Shown piece by piece: positions 14,475-25,200 of a stretch of 34,546 bases of DNA (positions are counted from its first letter, which is position 1; each line of letters opens with the position of its first letter). The DNA comes from a virus (taxonomy: Duplodnaviria > Caudoviricetes). The DNA is taken from the IMG/VR virus record IMGVR_UViG_3300005611_000106, positions 1-34,546 of that record, one strand, 5' to 3'. A program made the position numbers and the translations under genes. The notes beneath the pieces were generated by a model that saw nothing but the letters and a program-made list of their open reading frames with translations, did no database searches and was not told where the DNA came from.

Positions 14475-15286
14475 TGGAAGAAGTTCTTGGTAATGAGTTC
14501 ACTTGGTTTATGGGTGTTGTTGAGGATCGTAATGATCCTCTAAAACTTGGTCGTGTTCGTGTCAGATGTTATCACTGGCATACAGACGACACTGCACTTT
14601 TACCGACTGATAAGTTACCTTGGGCACAACCGTTATGTCCTATCACTAACGGTGCGTCTCAAAATGTTGGCGAAACCCCATTGGGTATACAGATCGGCAC
14701 TTGGGTTGTTGGTTTCTTTATGGACGGGAAACTTGCTCAGAAACCAATGATCATGGGGACTATCGCAGGTATACCGGGTGCTGAACCAGATATGAATCGT
14801 TTGGCAAGAAACGATGCTGAGTTTCCACCATTGAATCCAGTGGGAAAAGATCAAGATAGGACAACTGGTGTATCTACTGCTGATGGACAAACTTGGAACG
14901 AACCAGAAAGTGCCTATAATGCACAGTACCCATTCAACAAAGTTATGGAGACTGAAAGTGGGCATATCAAAGAGTTCGATGATACGCCAGATAACCAAAG
15001 GATTCACGAATATCATACATCGGGTACATTTTATGAAGTCGATGCTGATGGTAAAAAAGTAACCCGTGTTGTAAACGATAACTATGAGATAGTTTTGGGT
15101 GATGACTATGTTTATGTGGATGGACAAGTTAACATCACCACAACGAGCAAGACAAATATTTTTGCCCAAAATGATATTAATATTTTAGCAAGTCCTGGTG
15201 ATATGAATATTACATCTACAGGAACAATGACTTTAACATCAGCAACTAGAATACAACTTGCAGCACCAAGGATCGATTTGAACTAA
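14474..15286 (+). CDS. gp5: Baseplate central spike gp5 (OB-fold plus short beta-helix, no lysozyme domain)
   Basis: WFMGVVEDRNDPLKLGRVRVR, LPWA, WVVGFFMDG..AQ.P.IMG, YPFNKV.ETESGH..EFDDTP...RIHEYH.SGTFYE, terminal IDLN. Confidence 0.93.
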   Translation: MEEVLGNEFTWFMGVVEDRNDPLKLGRVRVRCYHWHTDDTALLPTDKLPWAQPLCPITNGASQNVGETPLGIQIGTWVVGFFMDGKLAQKPMIMGTIAGIPGAEPDMNRLARNDAEFPPLNPVGKDQDRTTGVSTADGQTWNEPESAYNAQYPFNKVMETESGHIKEFDDTPDNQRIHEYHTSGTFYEVDADGKKVTRVVNDNYEIVLGDDYVYVDGQVNITTTSKTNIFAQNDINILASPGDMNITSTGTMTLTSATRIQLAAPRIDLN

Positions 15287-15480
15287 TGGCACGGTTTCAA
15301 GTATTAAAAGATGGAGAACTTTTGACTTTTTCGAGATATGAAGACATACCTCAGTCTTTTGATAATCTTGTTTCATTTGAACCTGATATAATAGAAGGAC
15401 CTCACACAGATGAGCAACATGAGGAGATGCATAAGTTAAACGACAAATTACTAAAACTTATGTCTAGAGAAACTCGATAA
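15286..15480 (+). CDS. Small hypothetical protein between gp5 and PAAR
   Basis: 64-aa translationally coupled ORF with YEDIP..FD....FEP....PHT.EQHE. Confidence 0.7.
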   Translation: MARFQVLKDGELLTFSRYEDIPQSFDNLVSFEPDIIEGPHTDEQHEEMHKLNDKLLKLMSRETR

Positions 15481-15923
15481 TGGCAAGCATTAGTCCTTCT
15501 AGCGTATTAGAACCTGCAGATAGAAATACCTCATTTTCCAGATCGATTAGTGTAACATCAGGAGACCCAATAGTTTCCATAACTGTCACAAATGATTTTG
15601 GAACAACTGGATTAACTATTAATGTATTAGGTTCAACTATTAGTATTTCTGGGACATTTGCTGATGTTTTCATAGATGAGTTTACTTATGTGGATAGAGG
15701 GAGTAGTGATTTGTTAGAAACTCCAAAAACTACTATTGGAGTTTTTAGACTTCCTCCAAACAAAGATTTTTTTAATTTAGATCAAGACCTAAGAGATGAT
15801 ATTAACATAACTTGGACTATCACTGTGGTGACTACTACATCAACTGAAACATTTACACTAACACAGTTGTTAAGAAATAATTGGCAGTTTTTAGCAAACT
15901 TTATAGAACAATACTACGATTAG
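15480..15923 (+). CDS. Hypothetical beta-rich (Ig-like) virion-associated protein
   Basis: 147 aa, Thr/Ser/Val-rich strands, coupled by TAATG. Confidence 0.65.
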   Translation: MASISPSSVLEPADRNTSFSRSISVTSGDPIVSITVTNDFGTTGLTINVLGSTISISGTFADVFIDEFTYVDRGSSDLLETPKTTIGVFRLPPNKDFFNLDQDLRDDINITWTITVVTTTSTETFTLTQLLRNNWQFLANFIEQYYD

Positions 15924-15932
15924 GAGAATACT

Positions 15933-16226
15933 ATGCCAGCAGTAACTAGGATTGGTGATCGTGATATTTTTCACTGTAGTGGAATGGTTCGTGCTCAAGG
16001 AAGCGGTAATGTTTATTGCAATGGCAGACCTATCTCCAGGCAAGGTGATGTTAATACTGGACACCTAGTTCCAGCAGGCGATTTCTGTGTAACTCATAGG
16101 AGACCAATCGCAACTGGGTCTCGCACAGTTTTTGTAAATGGGCGAGGGTGTGGTCGAGTGGGTGATGGTATTTCGGGGTGTACCTCAGTAGCACAAGGTT
16201 CGTTCAATGTATTTGCGGGTGGGTGA
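15933..16226 (+). CDS. PAAR-repeat spike tip protein (gp5.4-like)
   Basis: PAVTRIGD...HC, GS.NV..NGRP..RQGD...H, GS.TVFVNGR..GRVGD..SGC..VAQGS.NVFAGG. Confidence 0.93.
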   Translation: MPAVTRIGDRDIFHCSGMVRAQGSGNVYCNGRPISRQGDVNTGHLVPAGDFCVTHRRPIATGSRTVFVNGRGCGRVGDGISGCTSVAQGSFNVFAGG

Positions 16227-16233
16227 CTAAATA
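16226..16233 (+). promoter_or_regulatory. Variant late promoter for gp25
   Basis: ACTAAATA in the gap, 24 nt before the ATG at 16258. Confidence 0.5.
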
Positions 16234-16257
16234 CCCTAAAAGAATAAAGGTTGACCA

Positions 16258-16653
16258 ATGCCCATTAGAAACGAAGTTCAGTATCGCGATTTTGATATTA
16301 CATTTCGCGCAAATCCGATCACGGGTCAGTTAAATATACTGAAAAATAATGCTGCTGTCAAGAGAGCATTGCGTAACTTAATTTTAACGAATAGATACGA
16401 AAGACCTTTCAGACCAAACTTTGGTTCTACCGTTACTGAAAGTTTATTTGATAATTTTGACACTTTGACCGTATCGAACGTAAAAGAAGCAATAAAAATA
16501 GCAGTTTCAGACCACGAACCTCGTGTTCAACTTTTGGATGTGAGGGTTAATGTGACACCAGATCAAAACTCAATGAGTGTTACTATTTATTTTAGAGTGG
16601 TCAATCAAGCGGAACCAGATGAGTTATCGCTTGTGTTAGAGAGGGTTCGATAA
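16258..16653 (+). CDS. gp25: Baseplate wedge subunit gp25
   Basis: Y.D.D..F..NP.T, AVKRALRNLILT..YERPF.P.FGS....LF, EPRV, LERVR. Confidence 0.95.
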   Translation: MPIRNEVQYRDFDITFRANPITGQLNILKNNAAVKRALRNLILTNRYERPFRPNFGSTVTESLFDNFDTLTVSNVKEAIKIAVSDHEPRVQLLDVRVNVTPDQNSMSVTIYFRVVNQAEPDELSLVLERVR

Positions 16654-18504
16654 ATGCCAGCGAATAATACGCTAAGAGTCACAGGTTTAGACTTTGATAC
16701 TATCCGTGGTAATCTTAGAGACTTCATTGCCGCTAAACCAGAGTTTAAAGATCACGATTTTGAATCTTCTGCTATCGGCACACTTCTCGACTTGTTGGCA
16801 TACAACTCATATTATAACTCATTCTATGTCAACATGGCAGTCAACGAAGCATTCCTTGATTCGGCACAGTTAAGAGAGAATGTCGTATCTCGTGCACGTT
16901 CATTGGGATATACCCCTCGTTCTGCTTATGGTGCGACCGCAAGAATCAATATCAAGTTTCCAAATGCAAACTCGACAACTCGTGGTGTATTGACGATTCC
17001 AAAAGGAACAACCTTTAATACTACCGCAAACAATCTAAGTCTAACGTTCTCTACTACAGAAGCAACGACTGTTCTTGCCAACAGCACAAATGGTTTCTCT
17101 GCGAATATCGATATCGTAGAGGGAACTCAACTGACTCATCGGTTTACTAAAGTTGCAGGTAATAATAGTTTTGTTATTCCAAATGCCAATGTTGATTCTC
17201 GTTACTTTGATGTCACCGTTCAAACCAGTGGAACAAACTCAACTTATACCAAAGTATCAACATTATACGAAGTCAATGGCAATAGTCAGATTTATTACTT
17301 AGAAGAGACTGCAAACAACAGACCAAAACTTATATTTGGAAATGGCGTTTTAGGTAAAGAACCAGACGCGGGTAGCACAATCTTTGTTGACTATCGAGTT
17401 GTTAATGCAACAGATGGCAACGGTGCGAATAACTTTACAAATGCTTCAACTATTGATAGCGAAGATACATTTACTATTACCACAGTGTCTCGTGCTGTCG
17501 GTGGTCAAAATGCAGAAGACATTGATGACATTCGATTCAATGCAAGCAAGAACTTTGAAACACAAGAACGTGCTGTCACAACCGAAGACTACAAACGAAT
17601 CATTAACACAGAATATAGCGATATCGTAAGATCGATTCAAGTATTTGGTGGTGAACTTGCTGACCCACCAATCTATGGTAAGGTCTATGTTGCGATTAGA
17701 CCAATCGCAGGAACAGTATTATCGAATACTCAGAAGAACAACATTCTTGCTTACTTAGAAGATTATGTAGTTCAGTCGATTGATCCTGTAATCATCGATC
17801 CAACATATTTGTATATTGTGCCAGAAGTCAAGTTCAGAGTTGACTTTACGCTGACAAATAGATCAGCAGGGCAGATCGCAACCTTACTTTCAAATGCCAT
17901 GATTGCCTATGAAACTAACAGTTTGGGTAGTTTCAGTCAGAAGTTCTTCCCATCTCGCTTATTAGATGTGATGGACAATGTGGACGATGGTATTTTAGGT
18001 TCTGAGGTTTCAGTTGAGATTCAAAAGAGGTTCAGACCAGATTTGGATCGTGTTGCATCATATACATTGAGATTTGAAAATGGTATTGAAAATCAAGGTG
18101 TGAATGCTCACCCAGGTTATTTGGAGTCAACGACTTTCGTCTATAACGGTGTCACTTGCTACTTTGATGATGATGGATTTGGTAATCTCAGAATCCGTCA
18201 GTTTGCTCCACCAAATGCGATTATTGATGCGAACGCAGGAACAGTTGACTACAGAAACGGTATTGTGGTGATCAGCGATTTCCAACCAACGTCTTACACT
18301 GGCGATGAGATTGCAATGAGTGTCGAGACATCAGTCAATACGATTACATCTGGTAAGAATACAATCCTTCTGATTCGCGATGCTGTGATTCAGATTATCG
18401 ATGATAAAGTTGGCACTGTTGTTAATACTGTCAGAAATCCAGCAACAGATGGTCAAACCTTCACAGTACAAGAAACAAGTTTAACGTCTGAGATTACTTA
18501 CTAA
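16654..18504 (+). CDS. gp6: Baseplate wedge subunit gp6
   Basis: LDFD.I..NL, F.D.DFE.S....LLDLLAYN.YYN, NE.FLDSAQLR.NVVS.A..LGY.PRS, FG.GV.GK, Q.RAVT.EDY, YGKVY.AI.P. Confidence 0.96.
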   Translation: MPANNTLRVTGLDFDTIRGNLRDFIAAKPEFKDHDFESSAIGTLLDLLAYNSYYNSFYVNMAVNEAFLDSAQLRENVVSRARSLGYTPRSAYGATARINIKFPNANSTTRGVLTIPKGTTFNTTANNLSLTFSTTEATTVLANSTNGFSANIDIVEGTQLTHRFTKVAGNNSFVIPNANVDSRYFDVTVQTSGTNSTYTKVSTLYEVNGNSQIYYLEETANNRPKLIFGNGVLGKEPDAGSTIFVDYRVVNATDGNGANNFTNASTIDSEDTFTITTVSRAVGGQNAEDIDDIRFNASKNFETQERAVTTEDYKRIINTEYSDIVRSIQVFGGELADPPIYGKVYVAIRPIAGTVLSNTQKNNILAYLEDYVVQSIDPVIIDPTYLYIVPEVKFRVDFTLTNRSAGQIATLLSNAMIAYETNSLGSFSQKFFPSRLLDVMDNVDDGILGSEVSVEIQKRFRPDLDRVASYTLRFENGIENQGVNAHPGYLESTTFVYNGVTCYFDDDGFGNLRIRQFAPPNAIIDANAGTVDYRNGIVVISDFQPTSYTGDEIAMSVETSVNTITSGKNTILLIRDAVIQIIDDKVGTVVNTVRNPATDGQTFTVQETSLTSEITY

Positions 18505-20645
18505 TGTCTGTAAGAAGCATATCAGAACTCATTCCTGATCAACTACCGGGGTTTGTCAGGGATGAAGCACCACTCTTTGAGTCTTTCCTCAAAGCATACT
18601 ACGAGTTCTCTGAACAAGAGAATGAAGCACTTGGTGCTATGCGACATTTGGAAGAAAACTTTGACATTGAAGACGCATCTCTTGACTTTGTAGAATATTT
18701 TAGACGCGAAGTTATCAATGAGATTCCAGAGTCGGCACTTGCCGATCCCAGACTTCTTGTCAAAAACATTCGTCAACTTTATAAAGCAAAGGGTTCACAA
18801 AACGCATATAAGTTTCTGTTCCGTTTGCTTTATGATGCTGATGTCGAGTTCTTTTATCCCGGTGAACAGATTCTCCGTGCGTCTGATGGTCGATGGACAA
18901 CTCAAACCACAGTCAGACTTCAGTTAACCCAAGGTAGTGCAACAAACTTAGGTGGTGAAACAATCATTGCCTCTGGTGGTGCTCGTGCTGTTGTTGAAGA
19001 TTTTATTGCAACCTCTGTTAGTGGTGTTTCTGTAATCACAGCAAGATTGTCTTCCGTGTCTGGAACTTTTTCTAACGATGAAACATTCCAAACTCCAGAC
19101 GCATCGATACAAGGCACTATATTTGCCACCATCGGACCAATCGACACTATTGATATCATTGATGGTGGGGGGCAACACCAAGCGGGAGATACTGTTGCAA
19201 TCTCTGGTGCTGATGGTTTATCAGCACGGGGAACTGTTGCTGATGTTAGTTCTGAAAGTGCGATTCAGTTTGATATTGTCAGTGGTGGTTCTGGTTATCG
19301 TGCGAATGTCATTTATTCGACAACACAAAGTGCGGGTAACTTTGAAAACCCAGCGATTACTGGTGGGTCTGGACAAGGTGCTTCTTTCCGTGTTGTTTCG
19401 ATTACTGACACTCAGAACTTAGATATCAATACTGACTTGATTTTAGAACTTCAAAATGTTTTGATCGGTTCTGATCCTTTCAGTGCGGGTGTGATTGGAG
19501 CAAACGCTGCTGCTAAGTTGGCATCGGCAAATGCATTTACAACTTTGAACGGTGCTTTAACATTTGACAGTTCTGGTTCGATTGGTTCTATTTCAGAAAT
19601 CGAAGTGATTAATCCAGGATTTGGATATTCGGATTTACCGACAGTAGCACCTGTTGATTATGTTGTGCAAGATTTGCTTGGTGAAGAGTTTCCAGATGAC
19701 ACTGGTGTTGGTGGATTCAAGGGTAGTAATGCTGTTATTGTAGCAAACAATATGCCAGGTGCTATTTCTTCTATATCAATCACGAGTGGTGGTACTGGAT
19801 ACAATAGAAACAAGATTGCAACCATTTCTAACTTAGATACTGCAAATACATTCAATGCAACTGGTACACCGAACCCGACTGCGGTTTCAAATACAATCGG
19901 ATTTTACTCAGATACATCTAAAGGTATTCTGAGTAGTGATAGTAAGTTGCAAGACAACTTCTATTATCAGCAGTTCTCATATGTGCTAAGAACACCAGTT
20001 AACCTTAGTGTTTATCGGGCAGTGATTGATAAGTTGTTGCATCCAGGTGGCACAAAACTATTTGCTGAATATCAGATTGTCAGTGAAATCAACTTAGGCA
20101 CTGTGATTGCAATCGATCCAGATTATGAAATCAATCTTGAAAGCGAACTGGATGTTACACCACTCGTAACCAATATTGAAGTGGTTGCTGCTGAGATTAT
20201 TATTAGAACACCAGTTGAAGTGGGACCTGCTGACCTAGGTGCGATCCCAACAGTTGAAGACGCTTACATCACGTTTGCTATTTCTGATGTTGGTAATATT
20301 GACAATACAGGAAACATTGCATTCGGCACACCAGAACTTATACTCTCTATTGAGTTGGATGGTATTGCATCGACTGCTGTAGTTTCTGCTGATACTGGTG
20401 TTGGTTCGCCAACAGAACCAGAACTCATCCTCTTCATTGAAGATGTTGGTAATATTCTTGTTCCGGCAGACCCAGCAGATGTTATTCAGGGAATGGAAGA
20501 TGTCGAACTCAACCAGAGTCCATTTAGTAATGACCCAGATATTGGAGTGGGAGTCTTTGCAACACTTGCTGCTTCAGACATTAATGATACTTTGGACGAT
20601 GCACTCACCAAATCAACTGCATTTGGCATCCCAACAGTTTCATAA
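18504..20645 (+). CDS. gp7: Baseplate wedge initiator gp7-like protein
   Basis: QLP.FV.....F..FLKAYYEF, L.KNI..LY.AKG....YKFLFRLLY, LR.SDG.W, LQD.FYYQ.FSYV, LLHP.G. Lies between gp6 and gp8. Confidence 0.85.
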   Translation: MSVRSISELIPDQLPGFVRDEAPLFESFLKAYYEFSEQENEALGAMRHLEENFDIEDASLDFVEYFRREVINEIPESALADPRLLVKNIRQLYKAKGSQNAYKFLFRLLYDADVEFFYPGEQILRASDGRWTTQTTVRLQLTQGSATNLGGETIIASGGARAVVEDFIATSVSGVSVITARLSSVSGTFSNDETFQTPDASIQGTIFATIGPIDTIDIIDGGGQHQAGDTVAISGADGLSARGTVADVSSESAIQFDIVSGGSGYRANVIYSTTQSAGNFENPAITGGSGQGASFRVVSITDTQNLDINTDLILELQNVLIGSDPFSAGVIGANAAAKLASANAFTTLNGALTFDSSGSIGSISEIEVINPGFGYSDLPTVAPVDYVVQDLLGEEFPDDTGVGGFKGSNAVIVANNMPGAISSISITSGGTGYNRNKIATISNLDTANTFNATGTPNPTAVSNTIGFYSDTSKGILSSDSKLQDNFYYQQFSYVLRTPVNLSVYRAVIDKLLHPGGTKLFAEYQIVSEINLGTVIAIDPDYEINLESELDVTPLVTNIEVVAAEIIIRTPVEVGPADLGAIPTVEDAYITFAISDVGNIDNTGNIAFGTPELILSIELDGIASTAVVSADTGVGSPTEPELILFIEDVGNILVPADPADVIQGMEDVELNQSPFSNDPDIGVGVFATLAASDINDTLDDALTKSTAFGIPTVS

Positions 20646-20661
20646 ACGTCTAAACTTTTCT

Positions 20662-20669
20662 TATAAATA
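20662..20669 (+). promoter_or_regulatory. T4 late promoter for gp8
   Basis: Exact intergenic TATAAATA, 28 nt before the ATG at 20698. Confidence 0.85.
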
Positions 20670-20697
20670 AATGCATCAATGACAGGTAGGATTTAAA

Positions 20698-22230
20698 ATG
20701 GCAGGAGTAGTTACAACAAGATTCCGCTATAACATCGTAGATCAGTTTATCGAACAGTTTGGCGAGGCAGACAATACAAATATGTATTTGTTCATCTCTC
20801 GCGTTGAGGGATTCCCAGATGATCTGAACCCCCCAACTCCAGTAGATACTATTCAAGATAACGACTACGAAGCATGGCGTAATATGATTGCATTGAAGAA
20901 GATCACATCTTCTGACGCAAAAGAGGCAATCGTTCGTCACAACTGGACAACTGGTACTGTATATCACGAATATCAAACAAACGACTCAAATCTGTATGCA
21001 AATACATTTTATGCGATGACTACAGATTATAATATTTACAAGTGTTTGTTTAATAACAACGGTGCTCAATCCACAGTACAACCAACAGGAACTTCTACAG
21101 ATATCGTGAAGACTTCTGATGGGTATATGTGGAAGTATATGTACACCATTGATTCTGCTGATGTCACCAAGTTTGTAACTACCACATTCATCCCTGTCCA
21201 AAACTCAACCTCTGTTGCTGCAGCGGCAGTAAACGGTGCGATTGATGTTGTTGATATGTCTGCTAATGGTACTGGGTATCGTTCAAACACTGGTACATTT
21301 GCGACTGTCACTGATGGTTCTACCTTCACACTTCAAGCAACTGCGTCTGCTACTGATGATTTCTACAACAATGGTACGATTTACATCCAAGCAGGTAAAG
21401 GTGCAGGTCAGTTAAGAGAGATCACAGATTACACTGGTACGAGTCGTACACCGACAATCAACGTTGCGTTTAATCCTGTACCGAATACATCTTCAACTTA
21501 TTGGATTGGTCCTAAGATTGAAGTGTTGGGTGATGGTAACCAAGAGTTCTTGGCATATGCTAACAACGTTGCGGGTGGACAGATTCGCACAATCGAAGTG
21601 ATTGAGTCTGGTAATAACTATTCATATGCAAACGTTGTGATTACTGGCGCGGGTGGTGCTGGTTCTGGTGCTACTGCAAATGCTTATATTGCACCTTATG
21701 GTGGACATGGTAAGCACCCTGCAAGAGAACTTGGTGCGACATCTGTAGTTCTTTCAACTCAGTTATCTGGTAATGTGTCAAATACGTTTGTGACAAACAA
21801 CGACTTCCGTATTCTTGGTATTGTTCGTGATCCTATTTTAAGATCATCTGGCACAGCAGCAACTGGACAACAATACGATCAGTCTTATAAGTTGACATTG
21901 ACATCGGTTTCTGGCGACTTCCAAGGTGATGAGATCATCGTAAGTAACAGAAATGCAACTGGTCGTGTGATTCGTTTTGCGAACACTAACGCGGCACGAA
22001 CTGCTGGTGTTCTGTTACTTCAAAGCGTAAGACCAAATCCAAATGGAAACTTCTTCCTTGCAACCGAAACGATTACTGGTAATGTCACCTCAGTAACAGC
22101 AACGATTGCTTCAGTTGAAGAACAACCACTAACACCATTTACTGGTGAGATTCTGTATCGTGAAAACAGACAACCTGTTGTTCGTAGCGCAGATCAGACT
22201 GAAGACATTAAACTTGTTATTAAGTTTTAA
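20698..22230 (+). CDS. gp8: Baseplate wedge subunit gp8
   Basis: W.NMIALKKI, R.NWT.GT.Y, YKCL.N, DGY.WKYMYTI, P.GGHG.....ELGA, NDFR..GI..DP, GEILY.ENR.PV.R..DQTEDIKLVIKF. Confidence 0.93.
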   Translation: MAGVVTTRFRYNIVDQFIEQFGEADNTNMYLFISRVEGFPDDLNPPTPVDTIQDNDYEAWRNMIALKKITSSDAKEAIVRHNWTTGTVYHEYQTNDSNLYANTFYAMTTDYNIYKCLFNNNGAQSTVQPTGTSTDIVKTSDGYMWKYMYTIDSADVTKFVTTTFIPVQNSTSVAAAAVNGAIDVVDMSANGTGYRSNTGTFATVTDGSTFTLQATASATDDFYNNGTIYIQAGKGAGQLREITDYTGTSRTPTINVAFNPVPNTSSTYWIGPKIEVLGDGNQEFLAYANNVAGGQIRTIEVIESGNNYSYANVVITGAGGAGSGATANAYIAPYGGHGKHPARELGATSVVLSTQLSGNVSNTFVTNNDFRILGIVRDPILRSSGTAATGQQYDQSYKLTLTSVSGDFQGDEIIVSNRNATGRVIRFANTNAARTAGVLLLQSVRPNPNGNFFLATETITGNVTSVTATIASVEEQPLTPFTGEILYRENRQPVVRSADQTEDIKLVIKF

Positions 22231-22247
22231 TCATTAGGATAATATAG

Positions 22248-25200
22248 ATGGCATTTAGTAACACCGTATCGCTTACTACAAACTTTAATGTAGACCCATA
22301 TTATGACGATTTCGATGAAAATAATAATTTTTATCGCATTTTATTTCGTCCTGGATTTGGTGTTCAAGCACGAGAGTTAACGCAAATGCAAACTATGCTC
22401 CAGAACCAAATTGACAGGTTTGGTGAGCATATCTTCCGTGAAGGTAGTATTGTAAAAGGTTGTGAATTTTTATATGATCAAAGTATTGATTACATAAAAA
22501 TTAGAGACAATAATGCGAGTGGAAATAGTGCCAACACTAGATCATTTTTTGGACAAACGCTAGTCAGTAGCACTACTGGTGTAGAAGCAAATGTATATTT
22601 TGGTATAACTGGTTCTGAAGCAAACGATCCAAATTTAAAAACTTTGTTTGTAAGGTATACAAAGTCCTCTGCGAATGGAACTTTTAAAACATTCATTAGT
22701 GGCGAGCAATTGACAACATCTGATTCGTCACTAACGTGTAATGTTGCAACCGAAGGAGTCCAGAGTGATAATGTTACTGGTTTTGGATCATTATTCAGAG
22801 TAGATGAAGGTATCATTTTTGCAAAAGACCATTTCATCAAAGTTCCAGCACAAATCGGTGTAATTTCTAGTTATAGTGATACGCCTAGTGTTAGAGTTGG
22901 ATTTAATGTTTTAGAGACTATTGTTACCTCAGAAACAACAAGCACCCCAAATGATATCTTTGCATTTAACAATATCGCATCTGGATTCAATGGATCACAG
23001 TTAACTGATCCGGCATCTGGTTCTTTTAACTTTGCAGCACCTGGTGCTGATAGATTACAACTACATCCAAGACTTGCTACAAGAAATTTCAATCAAACTG
23101 ATGTTTCTTCATCGAATTTTATAGAAATTGCTCAAATAGATAGTGGTCAACTGGTTACTTATAAGCAAAAACCACAGTATGCTGAAATTCGCGACTACCT
23201 TGCAAAGAGAACGTTTGACGAGTCTGGAAACTATACGGTTCGTGGATTGAATATTCGTCTTAGAGAACATCTTAATGATGGTACAAACGGTGGTGTATTT
23301 ACTCTCGCCAACGGTGGTAATACTTCTACACTATCTGTTGACGTAGCACCAGGCAAGGCATATGTCAAGGGTTTTGATATTGAAAAACTCAAGACTACAC
23401 ACGTTCAAGTCGATAAGGGTATCGACTTTGTGGATGTTGAGGATATCAATATCACCTCGCAATACGGCAACTATGTTCTCGTAGATGAAGTTGTTGGTGT
23501 TTGGGATGTCAACCTTCATGCTAATGTATCTATCCGAAATGCTGCAGCAAATGCAATCTCTAACAATGATTACTCAACTACGTCAGCAGTCGGTGCTGAG
23601 ATCGGTTCAGCAAAAGTAAGATCACTTGTTCGTGAGTCTGGCACTCCGGGCGACCCAGACGCACAATATCGTTTGTATCTGTATGACATTCAAATGTCTG
23701 GTGCAGACTTTGCTGATGCTCGTTCATTTTATTTTGATTCAGCGTCATTTGCAGACGGTAAGGCAGATGCGGTATTATCTGGTGGTAATGCTGTTCTGAA
23801 TGAGACAGGTTTCCGAAAGGCAGTATTCCCTGTTGGTTATTCTGCCGTTCGTAGAATAAAAGACTCCACTGGTGCATCGGATACTGACTATGAGTTTATG
23901 CGAGTCTTTAATGGTCTGACCATTGCAAACAGTGGTGTTGTAACAGCAACATCTCCAAATGCTGATGAGTTGTTCCCATATACTGCGGGTTCATCTGTAT
24001 CATCGCCAAGAGAAAAGTTCTACCTCGTATTTAATGCAGCAGCGAATACTGTTGTGTATGATGGCACGGTTGCAATGTCGGATGCGAGTAAGACGGTTAC
24101 TGGCACATCAACAAACTTCACAAATTACATTAACCCAGGTGATGTGTTAAAGTTTTCTGGATATGCTAACACATTTACAGTTGATACGGTAGATAATGAC
24201 ACTCAGTTGACAGTTCTCGAAAGTGCTAATGCTGCAATCTCAAGTGCATCATATCTCAAGCAGTTCCCTGTTGGTAAAGTTATTGATGTGGCAGGTAAAG
24301 GTTCAGCAACAGCAGGTGGTTCGGGTGCAACTCGCACAGTAACGATTGGCAATCCGGCAACTTCAGCAACTATTGATATCAAAGAACCATTGAACTCAGC
24401 AGTATCGGTTTCTCTGATTACATCTTTGAACAAAGCAAACGCAACACAGATTGCTAAAACTTTGAAGATTAAGAGACGAGTTCAAATCAAAGTTGATTCT
24501 AACTTGGGTGGAACTTCAGGTCCTTGGTGTCTTGGTTTCCCAGATATTTTGAGAATCACTGAAGTTCGTGTCCAAAATGGTTCTGACTTTACTGCGTTGA
24601 CTCAAGGCACTGATTACACAACTCAGTTTGAACTTGATAATGGACAGCGTGATGGTATGTATGGACTTGGTTTCTTGAAGCAGAAATCAACGTCTACTCT
24701 CACATTAGCGGCAGGTGATCGAATTCTTGTCACACTAGATTACTTTGAGCATGATCGTTCTGGTGGTGTTGGTTTCCTTTCTGTTGATTCATATCCAGTA
24801 AATGACACCTCTCCTGCAAATACAGAAATCTTTACACAACAGATTCCTATCTACATTTCACCGACAGATGGTTCTCGTATCGATTTGAGGAATGCGTTAG
24901 ACTATCGTCCATTTGTAGACTTGACTGCAACAGATACAGATACTTTAGGTAGTATGTCATCTGATCCAGCAAACAATCACGTTGTATCGTCTACAAATAT
25001 TACTTCTGGTCAAGGCATACGTTTCCCAAGACCAAACGAAAATGCGACAGTTGATTTAAGTTTCTTTGAGGGACGTAATGACTTGATTGTTATTGAACCA
25101 AGTGGTGATGTTCGTGCAGTTCGTGGCACACCATCAGGCAATCCTAAGTTCCCAATCGAACCTGCTGATGCAATGACAATTGCAAAGGTTCGTATATCAC

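Noticed and set aside
14474-18504. Bacterial T6SS, eCIS or tailocin locus (spike, PAAR, gp25, gp6)
   Set aside because: Neck, terminase, gp2/gp4, gp32/gp33 and T4 late promoters show that this is a genuine T4-like phage.
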